Positions 28,168 to 38,715 of a DNA stretch of 64,000 bases are shown here, piece by piece. Positions within the stretch are counted from its first letter, which is position 1; each line of letters opens with the position of its first letter. This DNA comes from Acidimicrobiia bacterium (GTDB taxonomy: Bacteria; Actinomycetota; Acidimicrobiia; Spongiisociales; UBA5794). A program made the position numbers and the translations under genes. Below the pieces are notes generated by a model. That model searched no databases. It was not told the DNA's origin and worked only from the letters and a program-made list of their open reading frames with translations. The stretch lies in assembly GCA_036396535.1 (NCBI GenBank), contig DASWKR010000035.1, positions 128,944 to 192,943 of the forward strand. The letters are read 5' to 3'.

Positions 28168-28899
28168 TCATTCCACTTCGCCCAGATAAGCGCGGCGCAT
28201 GTCCGGGTTCTCCATGAGCGACTGCGCCGAGTCGGCCAGAACGATCCGTCCCGTCATCAGGACGTAGCCCCGGTCTGCGATGGACAGCGCCATCTTGGCG
28301 TTCTGCTCGACCACGAAGACGGTGGTGCCCGCCTCGTTGATCTGGCGGATGATCTCGAAGTTCTGCTGAACGAGGATCGGCGCCAGCCCCATCGACGGCT
28401 CGTCCATGAGCAACACCTTGGGGCGTGCCATCAGGGCACGGCCGACGGCAACCATCTGTTGCTCGCCGCCGGAGAGCGTCCCTGCCTTCTGGTGGAGCCG
28501 CTCCTTCACCCTCGGGAACATGGCGAAGATGTGCTCGTAGTCCTCTTCGAGATCATCTTCCGAGTCGCGGAGATAGGCGCCGATCTCGAGGTTCTCCTTG
28601 ACGGTCATGCGCTTGAAGAGCCGCCGGTTCTCGGGGACCATCGTGACGCCGCTCGACACGATCTTCGTCGTCGTTGCGCCCGTCATGATCTTTCCGTCGA
28701 TCACGACGTCGCCCGCCGTCGGCTTCACCATGCCGAGGATGGTCTTCAGGGTGGTCGTCTTGCCGGAGGCGTTCCCCCCGAGCAGGCAGACGATCTCCCC
28801 CGAGTTGATGACGAGGTCGACATCCTTGAGGACGTGGACCGGTCCGTAGTGAGTGTTCACCCCGCGGAACTCGAGCAGCGGCTGGCCGTGTTCCGCCAT
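28168..28899 (-). CDS. livF: branched-chain amino acid ABC transporter ATP-binding protein LivF
   Basis: Walker A GGNASGKTT, signature LSGGEQQM and Walker B LLMDEPS; LivF-type C-terminus. Confidence 0.85.
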   Translation of the reverse strand: MAEHGQPLLEFRGVNTHYGPVHVLKDVDLVINSGEIVCLLGGNASGKTTTLKTILGMVKPTAGDVVIDGKIMTGATTTKIVSSGVTMVPENRRLFKRMTVKENLEIGAYLRDSEDDLEEDYEHIFAMFPRVKERLHQKAGTLSGGEQQMVAVGRALMARPKVLLMDEPSMGLAPILVQQNFEIIRQINEAGTTVFVVEQNAKMALSIADRGYVLMTGRIVLADSAQSLMENPDMRRAYLGEVE

Positions 28900-28901
28900 C
28901 G

Positions 28902-29714
28902 TCAGCCCTCCTCCGTCTCGCGCCCGAGGTACGCCTCGATCACCTGCTCGTTCGTCGAGACCTCCCCGTATGTCCCCTCGGCGATCTTCACTCCGTGGTC
29001 GAGCACTACGACCCGGTCGGAGACGTCGCGGACGACGCGCATCTCGTGCTCGATGACGACGATCGTCACGCCGAGGTCGTCCCGCATCTTCGTGATGAGG
29101 CCGGTGAGCTCAGAGGTCTCACGCGGATTCATGCCGGCGGTCGGCTCGTCGAGGAGGAGGAGAGTCGGATCGGTCGCCAGCGCTCTGGCGATCTCCAGGC
29201 GGCGGCGGTTGGCGTAGGACAGGGCGAAGGCCGGCTGGTCGAAGCGGTAACCGACGAGCCGCGTTCCGAAGAACGAGAGCACGTCCTTCGCCTTCTCCTC
29301 GATCTCCCTCTCTTCCTTCCGAAACGCCGGGGTCTGGAAGATCGCCCCGAGCGGGCCCTGTTTCGTCCGGCAGTGCCTCGCCACCATCACGTTCTCGAGA
29401 ACGGTCATGTTCGGGAAGAGGCGCACGTTCTGGAACGTGCGGGCGATGCCGCGATGGGTGATCTCCGATGGCGCCAGGCCGGTGATGTCCTCGCCGACGA
29501 AGTGGATCGAGCCGGCGTCGGGTACCGGGCGGTGGTCTGACGATCCGGTCGACGGCAGCATGCCGGAGATGGCGTTGAAGAACGTGGTCTTGCCGGCACC
29601 GTTCGGCCCGATGACGCTGACGATCTCGCCGCCGTCGATGTGGAAGTCAACGCCTCCGAGTGCCTTGAGGCCGCCGAAGGCCTTTTCGAGCCGGTCGATC
29701 TCGAGCAGCGGCAT
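28902..29714 (-). CDS. livG: branched-chain amino acid ABC transporter ATP-binding protein LivG
   Basis: Walker A GPNGAGKTT, LivG-specific insertion, signature motif and LLLDEPTAGM. Confidence 0.85.
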   Translation of the reverse strand: MPLLEIDRLEKAFGGLKALGGVDFHIDGGEIVSVIGPNGAGKTTFFNAISGMLPSTGSSDHRPVPDAGSIHFVGEDITGLAPSEITHRGIARTFQNVRLFPNMTVLENVMVARHCRTKQGPLGAIFQTPAFRKEEREIEEKAKDVLSFFGTRLVGYRFDQPAFALSYANRRRLEIARALATDPTLLLLDEPTAGMNPRETSELTGLITKMRDDLGVTIVVIEHEMRVVRDVSDRVVVLDHGVKIAEGTYGEVSTNEQVIEAYLGRETEEG

Positions 29715-31543
29715 CAGCGCGTCGCCTCCGCCGTCTCATCGGCTACCTGCGTCGAGACGATCCAGGCATCCTGGAGGAACTCCTCCTGGTGCAGCTCGCG
29801 CGAGCGCCGCACGCTCGGCAACAAGCCCTCGGGCCGCTGCAACATCATGTAGACGAGGATCGCCCCGTAGATGAGCAGCTTGAACTCGGCGAACTCTGCG
29901 AGCACACCGGGTTGGGTGGGCCCGCCGAGCACGCCGATGAGCACGAGCGCCCCGACGATCACGCCCGGGATGTTGCCCATCCCTCCGACGATGACGACGA
30001 CCAACACGATGATCGAGACGAGCAGCTCGAAGCTGTTGGGGAACACCGAGCCGACCTTGATGGCGAAGATCATCCCTCCGAAGGAGGCAAGGATGGCGCC
30101 GGCGACGAAGGCGAGGAGCTTGGCCCTCACGGTGTCGATGCCCATGGCTGCGGCGACCGATTCGTCCTCGCGCATCGCCGCCCACGCCCGGCCGATGCGT
30201 GACTTGGACAACCGCCACGACACGTAGATGGCGATCGCAACGAACACCATGACGATGTAGAAGATCGACTTCGGGTTGATTCCCGTGATCGTCACATCGA
30301 GGACATCGAGCTTGGCGGCCGGGATCTGGCGAACACCCTGCGCTCCCCCGAACGTCGGAGACAGCCAGTCGGACAAGAAGAGGATGCGGACGATCTCGCC
30401 GAAGCCGAGCGTGACGATCGCCAGGTAATCACCCCGCATCCTGATCACCGGCGTGCCGACCAGGATGCCGGCGACGATGGCGGCGAGGACGACGACGCCG
30501 AGCACGATCCATCCCCCGGCTGCCAAGAAGTCGACCGTCAACATGGGCTTGAACCGCGGCGAGATCGGCGACGTGAGGACCGCCGTCGTGTACGCCCCGA
30601 CCGCGAAGAACGCAACGTACCCCAGGTCGAGCAACCCGGCGTAACCGACGACGATGTTGAGGCCCAGCCCCATCAACAAGAACAGTCCGACATTGGCGAG
30701 CAGCTCGTTCACGATGGTCCCCAAGAACGCGGGAAGTGCGAGTGCCAGCACCACGAGCACCACGCCGAGGACGATGCGGTACCGGCTCGGCACCGTCGCC
30801 TCTCCGGAGTGCAGGCGGGCTCGGGTGCGCCCGACGGCGCCTGCGAAACGATACGCCACGAATCCGGCACCCCCCGCCACAACCATCGCACCGGGGACGG
30901 TCAACCCTCCGTTGATGTCGTACAGGTGTGTGCGGAACCACCCGTTCAGGTCGTTGACGACCACCTGGAGGATGGCGACGACAAACACCCAGGACAAGGC
31001 CCCGAAGAGGCCGCGGCGGGCTCGTTCGGAGAGCATGGACGCTCCCCCACCGAGCGCTCCGAGCAACAACGACCCCCCAACGAGGATGGCGAGCGCCGAG
31101 CCCAGTCCCCGTCCGAACGTGAGGAGCTCGACGACGCCGGGAGAGAGCTTCACGAAGATGCCCCTCATGTCCCACGCATCCACCGCAACAGCCAAGAGCC
31201 ACAGGAAGAGCGCGGTGATGCCGCCCGTCAACGCACCGGCGAGCAGCTTCGAGATGGCGCTCTGAGAGTCAATCGCTCCCTCGACCACGTCCTGCTTCGA
31301 GGCCATGTAGCCGGAGCCGAACGGCACCCACCCGACGGCGAGGTACCCGAGGCTGAGGATCGGAGCGATGAGGATTCTCCTGTCGAACGCCTCGAGCATC
31401 CCGATGGCGACGATGAACACCGTCGTGAGCCCACCGATGAACCCGAGCTTGGCGGTCTTCCGCCAGTCGATGCGGGAGGCGGGCCTGTTCGGGCGGGCGG
31501 CCTCGCCGGCAGATTCGATGGAGGGCTTCGTCGACGTCGCCAT
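29714..31543 (-). CDS. livM: branched-chain amino acid ABC transporter permease LivM with about 280-aa N-terminal extra membrane domain
   Basis: The C-terminal 330 aa match the LivM core (LANVGLFLLMGLGLNIVVGYAGLLDLGYVAFFAVGAYTTA...); the N-terminal half is an additional polytopic domain. Confidence 0.8.
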   Translation of the reverse strand: MATSTKPSIESAGEAARPNRPASRIDWRKTAKLGFIGGLTTVFIVAIGMLEAFDRRILIAPILSLGYLAVGWVPFGSGYMASKQDVVEGAIDSQSAISKLLAGALTGGITALFLWLLAVAVDAWDMRGIFVKLSPGVVELLTFGRGLGSALAILVGGSLLLGALGGGASMLSERARRGLFGALSWVFVVAILQVVVNDLNGWFRTHLYDINGGLTVPGAMVVAGGAGFVAYRFAGAVGRTRARLHSGEATVPSRYRIVLGVVLVVLALALPAFLGTIVNELLANVGLFLLMGLGLNIVVGYAGLLDLGYVAFFAVGAYTTAVLTSPISPRFKPMLTVDFLAAGGWIVLGVVVLAAIVAGILVGTPVIRMRGDYLAIVTLGFGEIVRILFLSDWLSPTFGGAQGVRQIPAAKLDVLDVTITGINPKSIFYIVMVFVAIAIYVSWRLSKSRIGRAWAAMREDESVAAAMGIDTVRAKLLAFVAGAILASFGGMIFAIKVGSVFPNSFELLVSIIVLVVVIVGGMGNIPGVIVGALVLIGVLGGPTQPGVLAEFAEFKLLIYGAILVYMMLQRPEGLLPSVRRSRELHQEEFLQDAWIVSTQVADETAEATR

Positions 31544-32823
31544 CAGGCGCGATCCTCCAACGCCAGGCGCTCACCGAGCAGGCCGGATGGTCTGAAGATG
31601 AGAACCAGGAAGAGCGCATAGAACGCAACCACATCCTTGATCTGGAAGAGGCCGGGAATCGTCTGACTCCACGACAGGACCCCGGCAACGCCCCCGAGAA
31701 TCGCGATGGCACCCGGCAGGTACAGCCGCGACGTTCCTCTGGCTCGTCCCGACACGACCGCGAGCACCCCTGTCGCGAGCAGGACGAGGCCCAACCACAA
31801 CGGGACCTCCCAGCGCAGCCCGAAGAGGATGGTCTGCGGTCCGACGCCCTCGAACACGCCCAGAGCGATGCCCCCGATCATGGCGCCGACCAGGTTGCCG
31901 ATCCCGCCGAGCACGGCGGCGGTGAACGCCTTGATACCGGGGAGGAACCCGGTGAACGAGTTGACCCCGCGGAAGAGGATCGCCCACAGCAGCGCCGCCA
32001 CCCCTGCCATCGATCCGCCGACTGCGAACGTCGTCACGATGGTGCGATCGACGTTGATCCCCATGAGGGCAGCGATCTCCTTGTCCTCGGCGACGGCGCG
32101 CATCGCCCGTCCCGTCTTCGTGCGGGTGACGAACTGGTAGAGCACGAGCATCGAAAGGAGGGCGACTACGACGGCGATGAGCTTGGTGCCGTCGATGGCG
32201 AAGATTCCGAAGTTCACGCGACCCGTGACCCACTCCGGCAGACCCACTTCGGTCAGTGGGGGGTACGTCTTCACGGTCGGGCCCGTGAGGCCGAGCACTG
32301 CATTCTGGATGAAGAAGGACACCCCGATCGACGTAATGAGCGGTATGAGCCGGGGAGCGCCGCGCAGCGGGCGGTAGGCGATCCGCTCGATCAAGACCGC
32401 GAGGGCCGTCGACGTGGCCACCGCGGCGAGGAGGACGACGACGATCGACACGTAGAAGTTGTTCGTCCACATGCCGGTCCGGAAGAAGGCGTCCGCGGTG
32501 AAGTAGCCGACGATGGCGCCCGACATGAACACCTCGCCGTGGGCGAAATTGATGAACCCGAGTACGCCGTAGACCATCGAGTAGCCGAGGGCGATGAGCC
32601 CGTACATAGATCCTTGGGCGACGCCGGCGACGATCAGGTCGCGTAGCGCCTCGCCGGTGAGGGCTTCGCCGCTGCTCGCCAGGGCGATGTAGCCGATGAG
32701 TCCCCAGAGGATGACGAACGCCGAGAACGCCTTGACGACGAAGAGGAATGACTCGACCCAGTCGAAGGTCCACCCGACTCGGAGCCCATTGCTCGCCGGC
32801 GCTCGCTCGGTGACGGTTGCCAT
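31543..32823 (-). CDS. livH: branched-chain amino acid ABC transporter permease LivH
   Basis: LivH pattern VLGFINFAHGEVFMSGA. Its stop overlaps the livM start. Confidence 0.8.
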   Translation of the reverse strand: MATVTERAPASNGLRVGWTFDWVESFLFVVKAFSAFVILWGLIGYIALASSGEALTGEALRDLIVAGVAQGSMYGLIALGYSMVYGVLGFINFAHGEVFMSGAIVGYFTADAFFRTGMWTNNFYVSIVVVLLAAVATSTALAVLIERIAYRPLRGAPRLIPLITSIGVSFFIQNAVLGLTGPTVKTYPPLTEVGLPEWVTGRVNFGIFAIDGTKLIAVVVALLSMLVLYQFVTRTKTGRAMRAVAEDKEIAALMGINVDRTIVTTFAVGGSMAGVAALLWAILFRGVNSFTGFLPGIKAFTAAVLGGIGNLVGAMIGGIALGVFEGVGPQTILFGLRWEVPLWLGLVLLATGVLAVVSGRARGTSRLYLPGAIAILGGVAGVLSWSQTIPGLFQIKDVVAFYALFLVLIFRPSGLLGERLALEDRA

Positions 32824-32908
32824 GATTCCGAGGGATTCAAGCGTAAAACGCGGCTCGGCGCCGGGGAAACCCCGGCGCCGAGCCGTCTCGTTCGTCTCTC
32901 GGACCGGG

Positions 32909-34309
32909 TCAGCCGCCCGTGATCAGTGGCAGCAAGTCCTCCCGGCCGGCGCTGAACTGCACGTTCGTCGGAGTGGCGTCGGCGTCGCCCTCGTGCAGCA
33001 CGACTGAGATCTCCTGCGAGCCGCAGTCGCCGAACTCGTCGCACGTCAAACTACCGATCAGCCCGGCGAAACCGGACGTCGCAGATAGCTCATCTCGGAG
33101 CGCCTGCCGGTCGATCGTCAGGCTGCCGTCTCCATTGTCGACGGCAACCGCATCGATTGCAGACAGCAACATGATCGTGGCGTCATACGAGTGGGCCCAG
33201 AACGGCGCGCTCGGCGCCTCCCCATACGTTGACTCGTACGTCGCCAGGAAGTCCGTCGGCGTCACACCGGTGACGCTGGCGTTCTCCGCTGCGAAGTTGG
33301 TGTTCGGGCCGGAGAAGTACATCCCCGTCGACTCGGGCAGGGCGAGGAAGTTCGACACGAGCAGGCCATCCGCCGCCATGAGGACGACGTCTTCGAGGCC
33401 GGACACGCCCCCGACCTGCTGAACGATGAAGTCACCCTCCGGCGGGAAGATCGGGAAGAAGATGAGCTGCGGGCTTCCCGCGGCGACCTCGGTGAGAACC
33501 GGCGTCATGTCGGTGTCACCCTTGTTGACCGCAGTGAACACGGAGACGGTTCCTCCGAGCGCCTCGTATGCGGAGCGGAACGCCGACGCCAGACCGTTGG
33601 TGTACGGGTCGCCGTCGTGGATCGCCGCCGCCGTGGTCAGCCCGAGCTCTTCGAACACGAACTTGGCCGCCGCGGCTCCCTGGAACAGGTCATTGTGGGC
33701 GGTTCGGTAGTACCCGACGTTGAAGTCGGTGCCGGGGTTGCCCTGCAGATCCGATGTGAGGGCCGGCGACGTGTTGGCCGGCGAGATCATCACCATGCCG
33801 GCCGCCGAGATCAACGGCGCCGCGGCAACGGCCGCACCGGAGCACGAAGTGCCGATGACGCCGACGACCTGGGTGTCGGCGACGATGGTCTGACCGGCTG
33901 CCTGACCGCCTTCGTTCAGGCACAGGTCGTCCAAGCCCTGGCCCATGTTGACGTCGTGTCCTTGGATCTGGCCGTAGTCGAGGATTGCCAGCTCCGTAGC
34001 CCTCTGGTTCGGGATGCCGAGGAAGGACACGTCACCGGTGATCGCCTGGAGCGACCGGATCTGGATCGCCTCGCCTGCCGCCACCTCGACGGTGCCGAGC
34101 TCGGAGGGCGGGACCGTGGTCTCCGGGGGAGCCGTCGTCTCCGGGGGCGCCGTCGTCTCCGGGGGCGCCGTGGTGTCGGGCGCCGCCGACGTCGTCGTGG
34201 TGTCCCCTGGCGCTGCGGTCGTCTCGCTCGTGCCGTCTCCGCAGGCGGCTGCGAGGAGCGCAAACGCAGCGAGGACCGCCAGCAGATAGCGGAATCGCTT
34301 GTTTCTCAT
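32909..34309 (-). CDS. branched-chain amino acid ABC transporter substrate-binding lipoprotein (LivJ/LivK family)
   Basis: Start set at MRNKRFRYLLAVLAAFALLAAACG (signal peptide plus lipobox; GGAGG 10 nt upstream). Thr/Pro-rich linker, then a periplasmic-binding type I fold. The track ORF over-extends 81 aa upstream. Confidence 0.75.
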   Translation of the reverse strand: MRNKRFRYLLAVLAAFALLAAACGDGTSETTAAPGDTTTTSAAPDTTAPPETTAPPETTAPPETTVPPSELGTVEVAAGEAIQIRSLQAITGDVSFLGIPNQRATELAILDYGQIQGHDVNMGQGLDDLCLNEGGQAAGQTIVADTQVVGVIGTSCSGAAVAAAPLISAAGMVMISPANTSPALTSDLQGNPGTDFNVGYYRTAHNDLFQGAAAAKFVFEELGLTTAAAIHDGDPYTNGLASAFRSAYEALGGTVSVFTAVNKGDTDMTPVLTEVAAGSPQLIFFPIFPPEGDFIVQQVGGVSGLEDVVLMAADGLLVSNFLALPESTGMYFSGPNTNFAAENASVTGVTPTDFLATYESTYGEAPSAPFWAHSYDATIMLLSAIDAVAVDNGDGSLTIDRQALRDELSATSGFAGLIGSLTCDEFGDCGSQEISVVLHEGDADATPTNVQFSAGREDLLPLITGG

Positions 34310-34457
34310 CAGTTGCATTCCTCCATGTATTGCCGGGCCTGAGCCAGGCAGTGACGCGTGAGTGTAACGAAGCACCGGGGAGACACGCATTCCGGGCTCG
34401 CACGCTCCCTCAAGATACACACATGGGGCCGTGCCGTGCATGTGAGCCGGGCCCGGA

Positions 34458-35813
34458 GTGACCGCAACGCCCCGGCGGGGGATACCATCGCCTCTGATGA
34501 CCGATGGACCACGCTCCGGCAGGCAGCGGCCTCGCCTGACCGCCACCGTCACAGACGTCGAGGTGGTGAGGCAACGCGCCTACCTCGTCGGCGTCGTGAC
34601 ACGGGATCGCGAGGCAAGCGCTTCAGACGGGTCGCTCGACGAGCTCGGCTTGCTCACCGAGACCGCAGGCTCCGAGCCGGTCGAGGCGACCCTCGTTCGC
34701 CGCGATCGCCCGGATGCGGCGCTGTTCATCGGAAAGGGAAAGGCGGCAGAGATCGCCAGTTCGACGAAGGCGCTCGACATCGACGTCGTCGTGTTCGACA
34801 ACGAGCTGACGCCTGCGCAGCAACGCAACCTCCAGAACCTCTTCGAGTGCGACGTGGTCGACAGGGTGGCCGTGATCCTCGACATCTTCGCCCAGCACGC
34901 CTCGAGCAGGGAGGGGATGCTCCAGGTGGAGCTCGCTCAGCACCGCTACCGGTTGCCCCGACTACGCGGCCGAGGGATCGAGATGTCCCGGCTCGGCGCC
35001 GGGATCAACACGAGGGGCCCCGGCGAGACCCAGCTCGAGACAGACAGGCGCCGCATCCTCGATCGGGTCCGCAAGCTCGAGAGCGAGCTCCAGGAGCTCG
35101 GCCGGGGGCGGGAGACGCGCAGCAAGGCTCGCCGAAGGTCCAAGCTGCCGCTCGTCTCGCTCGTCGGCTACACGAACGCCGGGAAGTCGACGTTGTTCAA
35201 CCTCCTCACCGGCGCCGACGTGCTCGTCGAGGACCAGCTCTTCGCAACGCTCGACTCGACGGTGCGCAAGGTCCACATGCCCGGCGGCCACGAGATCCTC
35301 GTGTCGGACACGGTCGGGTTCGTCAGGCGACTCCCCCACCAGCTCGTCGAGGCGTTCCGCTCAACGCTCGAGCAGGTGAACGAGGCGGATCTCATGGTCC
35401 ACGTCGTCGACGCATCGGACCCCGACCCCGATCAACAGATCACCGCGGTGAGGACCGTGCTCAGCGAGATCGGCGCGGCCGATCTGCCCGAGTTGATCGT
35501 CGTCAACAAGATCGACGCCGCCGACCCGGCGGCAGTCGACCGGCTGCTGGCGCTCTACCCCGGAGCGGTGGCGGTGTCTGCCCTCACCGGGGAAGGCCGT
35601 CATCGGCTCGAGGATGCCATCTTCGACCGGCTCGCAGTCGGCAAGGTCGAGCTCGACCTTCTCTTCCCGTACGACAGCGGCGACGCTCTGGCGACGCTGC
35701 ACCGGGTCGGTGAGGTCACGAAGACGGTGCACGAGGACAGAGGAACCTTGGTCCACGCCAAGATCCCGCAGCACGCCGCCCACCGTTTCTCCGATTTCGC
35801 CATCCACGGCTGA
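34458..35813 (+). CDS. hflX: GTPase HflX
   Basis: HflX N-domain followed by G-domain motifs (GYTNAGKST, DTVGF, NKID) and a C-terminal domain. Confidence 0.85.
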   Translation: MTATPRRGIPSPLMTDGPRSGRQRPRLTATVTDVEVVRQRAYLVGVVTRDREASASDGSLDELGLLTETAGSEPVEATLVRRDRPDAALFIGKGKAAEIASSTKALDIDVVVFDNELTPAQQRNLQNLFECDVVDRVAVILDIFAQHASSREGMLQVELAQHRYRLPRLRGRGIEMSRLGAGINTRGPGETQLETDRRRILDRVRKLESELQELGRGRETRSKARRRSKLPLVSLVGYTNAGKSTLFNLLTGADVLVEDQLFATLDSTVRKVHMPGGHEILVSDTVGFVRRLPHQLVEAFRSTLEQVNEADLMVHVVDASDPDPDQQITAVRTVLSEIGAADLPELIVVNKIDAADPAAVDRLLALYPGAVAVSALTGEGRHRLEDAIFDRLAVGKVELDLLFPYDSGDALATLHRVGEVTKTVHEDRGTLVHAKIPQHAAHRFSDFAIHG

Positions 35814-35828
35814 CGGGCTCGGCGCCGC

Positions 35829-37142
35829 TCACATGAGATCCATGATGTCCCGTGACAGGTCTGCCTCCTCGGCAGGCCCCGACTCTCTCCTGCGCTCGGC
35901 GACGACCGGTACCAGTACGGCGGAGATGTAGACGACCTGGATGAACAGCGCCAGGAGTCCTGCGAGGGTCAGGCCGAGCCCGATCGGCACGCTGAGGACG
36001 ACGGGGACCAGCGCACCGAGAACCCAGGCGAATTGGAAGAAGGTCTCCGCATTCGTGAAGGCCCTGCCCCGGGCGGCCGTCGGGATCGTCGCCTGGAGCA
36101 GCCCGTCGAAGCCGAATTTGGCCGTGCCCCACGCCAAGCCGGCGGCGAGCGCCAGGACCGCCGACGCGCCGAGACCGAAGACCTGGGCGGCGACGAACGC
36201 AGCTGCAGCCTCGACGGCGAGGCCGGCGACGACCATCGGCTCCTCGGAGAGGTAACGATCGAAGGCCGGCGTGAGCAGAGCCGCCAAGAAGAACCCGGCA
36301 CCTCCTGCCGCCAGCACGGCCGAGAAGTCGAGCGCTCGTGCGTCGACCTCCTTCAGCTCGAAGGCGACCAGCAAGAGCAGGAAGCCGTTGAGGAGCCGGA
36401 CCGCCGCGGTTGCGAAGCGAGCGAGACGGACGGGACGAGGCATCGGGCTCCGCCGGGCGGCGGCGTCGAGCACGACGTCGAGCTGTGGCAGGCCCCGAGC
36501 GGCAACCGCGGAGGCCACGAACACACCGGCTGCGAGCACGAGTACGAACTCGGCGCCGATGCCCCAGATCCCGAGGAAGCCGAAGGGGGCGACGGCGGCC
36601 GTTCCGAGCACGCCGATCCTGGCGATCTGGGCGTTCGCCGTGATCACCTCGTGAGGTCCCGAGAGGACGACGGGGAGCACGCTCGAGCGGGCGATGCCGT
36701 GGAAGCGGGACATGACAAGCAATGCGAACGCCAGCGGGAAGAGGACGATCGAGTCGAGCTGGAAGGCCATCACGATCGCCGTGAAGGCCCTCAGTCCGGC
36801 GCTGGCGACCATTCCGCTGCGGTACGCAGTCGGGAACCTCTCGAAGATCCTTCCGAGGAAGGGCCCCAGCACGGCGAAGGGCGCCAGTGTGATGAGGAGG
36901 TAGAGGGCGACCCGCTCGCGCGCCTGAGTCGACGGCACTTGGAAGAAGAGCGTCCCTGCCAAGGCCATCGCTACCAGGGTGTCCCCGGCCACGGAGCCTG
37001 CGTGTGCCTGGCCGAGTCGACGGAAACCTGCGCCACGTGACGAGAAGAGGAGGCGGAGGCGCTCGGCGGTGCGCCGTGATCCGCTGCGAACCGCTCGTCG
37101 CATCCGGCTTGCAGGACGAGGCGCCTCCGTCACGGTGTCCAA
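35829..37142 (-). CDS. MFS-type transporter (12 TM predicted)
   Basis: 437 aa, hydrophobic throughout with an MFS-like loop pattern. Family assignment is by inference. Confidence 0.55.
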   Translation of the reverse strand: MDTVTEAPRPASRMRRAVRSGSRRTAERLRLLFSSRGAGFRRLGQAHAGSVAGDTLVAMALAGTLFFQVPSTQARERVALYLLITLAPFAVLGPFLGRIFERFPTAYRSGMVASAGLRAFTAIVMAFQLDSIVLFPLAFALLVMSRFHGIARSSVLPVVLSGPHEVITANAQIARIGVLGTAAVAPFGFLGIWGIGAEFVLVLAAGVFVASAVAARGLPQLDVVLDAAARRSPMPRPVRLARFATAAVRLLNGFLLLLVAFELKEVDARALDFSAVLAAGGAGFFLAALLTPAFDRYLSEEPMVVAGLAVEAAAAFVAAQVFGLGASAVLALAAGLAWGTAKFGFDGLLQATIPTAARGRAFTNAETFFQFAWVLGALVPVVLSVPIGLGLTLAGLLALFIQVVYISAVLVPVVAERRRESGPAEEADLSRDIMDLM

Positions 37143-37217
37143 GGTATCAGGAGCCGACCTGACTCACAGCAAGTAGGCGAGCCTGACGCTCGGGGGCTTC
37201 CTGAGAGCCGGCGCAGG

Positions 37218-37619
37218 TCACACCTGAGCGAACGGATCGTGATCTCCAATGTCGCCGCCGCAGAACTGGCAGGTCGTCCGGTGGGGCGGGACGGCGGCGC
37301 CACAGTGGCGGCACTCGGTCGCCGACCTCGTCACCCGGCCGTCCTCGTGGCCGTCGAGCATGTCGAGCTCGCCGATCTTCGCCTCGAGCTGTTCCGGGCT
37401 GAGGCCGCTCTCCTCGAGGAGCGCCCACATGGCCTGCACGACGAGCACGAGTCGGTCGATCCGGTCGTGCAGCGCCATGACCTTCGCCTCCGGCGTGCTC
37501 GGGGCGCTCATGGACGACGCCGCGGCGCGGTTGAGCGACTGGTCGCGGCTTCCCATCAGATATCCCCACATGAAGTTCACGGGTTGATTATCGGACATTC
37601 GCCCAGGCACTGGAGTCAA
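37218..37619 (-). CDS. hypothetical protein with C-terminal zinc ribbon
   Basis: CRHCG...CQFCGG at the C-terminus; no family recognised. Confidence 0.35.
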   Translation of the reverse strand: MTPVPGRMSDNQPVNFMWGYLMGSRDQSLNRAAASSMSAPSTPEAKVMALHDRIDRLVLVVQAMWALLEESGLSPEQLEAKIGELDMLDGHEDGRVTRSATECRHCGAAVPPHRTTCQFCGGDIGDHDPFAQV

Positions 37620-37701
37620 CGCCTGCCGTCCCTAGGGGACGGCAGGTGAAGGCCCGCCGTCCCTAGGGGACGGCAGGTCACGTCCCCCGTACTATCGATC
37701 C

Positions 37702-38715
37702 ATGCACGTCACCGTGGTCGGCGCAGGATCCTGGGGGACGGCCGTCGCCGCCATGGTGTCCGCCCGGGCGCCGGTGACGCTCTGGGCGCGGCGCCGCGAC
37801 CTGGCGGATGCGATCAACACGGAGCGCCGGAACCCGGCGTACCTGCCCGACTTGGCGCTCCCCGACCCGATCGCGGCCACCGACTCCCTCGAGGAGGCGG
37901 TCGCGCAGGCGGATGTCCTCGTGCTCGGAGTGCCGTCGCACGGGATGCGGGAGGTGCTCTCGTCGGCGGCGGCAGGTGTGAGAAGCGACGTCCCGATCAT
38001 CAGCCTCGCCAAGGGCATCGAGCACGGCACGTTGATGCGCATGACCGAAGTCATCTCAGACGTGCTGCCCGAGCACCCGGTGGAGACGATCGGAGTGCTC
38101 ACCGGGCCGAACCTGGCGAGAGAGATCGTGGAAGGCCAGCCGGCCGCCTCCGTGATCGCCATGGAGGCCGAGGGCGTCGCCCACGAGCTGCGGGGCCTGT
38201 TCATGTCGCCGACATTCCGCGTCTACACCAACACGGACGTGATCGGCTCCGAGTCGGCGGGTGCGGTCAAGAACGTGATGGCCATCGCGGCGGGAATGGC
38301 GCACGGGCTCGGCTTCGGCGACAACAGCACGGCGACTCTCATCACGCGGGCACTGGCCGAGCTGACGAGGCTCGGCGTTGCCATGGGTGGCCGGCCGATC
38401 ACCTTCTCGGGCCTGGCTGGGATGGGCGACCTCATCGCCACGTGCGTCAGCACGCGATCGAGGAACCACCAGGTCGGATTCGGCCTGGGGATGGGCAGAT
38501 CCCTCGACGAGGTCACGGCCGAGATGAAGATGGTGGCGGAAGGCGTGAAGTCCACCGAGGGAGTGCTGGCGCTGGCGGCGAGGCACGGGGTCGAGATGCC
38601 CATCGCCGAGCAGGTCGGGCGGGTGCTCTACGAGGGCGCAACCCCGACAGAGGCGCTGACGTCGCTGATGGCACGCGAGGCTCGCTCCGAGCACGAAGGG
38701 ATCCCCGGTGTATGA
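37702..38715 (+). CDS. gpsA: NAD(P)H-dependent glycerol-3-phosphate dehydrogenase
   Basis: MHVTVVGAGSWGTAVA Rossmann start and the GpsA signature GLGxGDN...ATCxSxxSRN. Confidence 0.85.
   Translation: MHVTVVGAGSWGTAVAAMVSARAPVTLWARRRDLADAINTERRNPAYLPDLALPDPIAATDSLEEAVAQADVLVLGVPSHGMREVLSSAAAGVRSDVPIISLAKGIEHGTLMRMTEVISDVLPEHPVETIGVLTGPNLAREIVEGQPAASVIAMEAEGVAHELRGLFMSPTFRVYTNTDVIGSESAGAVKNVMAIAAGMAHGLGFGDNSTATLITRALAELTRLGVAMGGRPITFSGLAGMGDLIATCVSTRSRNHQVGFGLGMGRSLDEVTAEMKMVAEGVKSTEGVLALAARHGVEMPIAEQVGRVLYEGATPTEALTSLMAREARSEHEGIPGV

Noticed and set aside
34310-34552. 81-aa N-terminal extension of the liv substrate-binding protein
   Set aside because: A signal peptide plus lipobox begins at MRNKRF with GGAGG 10 nt upstream; the extension is Arg/Pro-rich and non-homologous.
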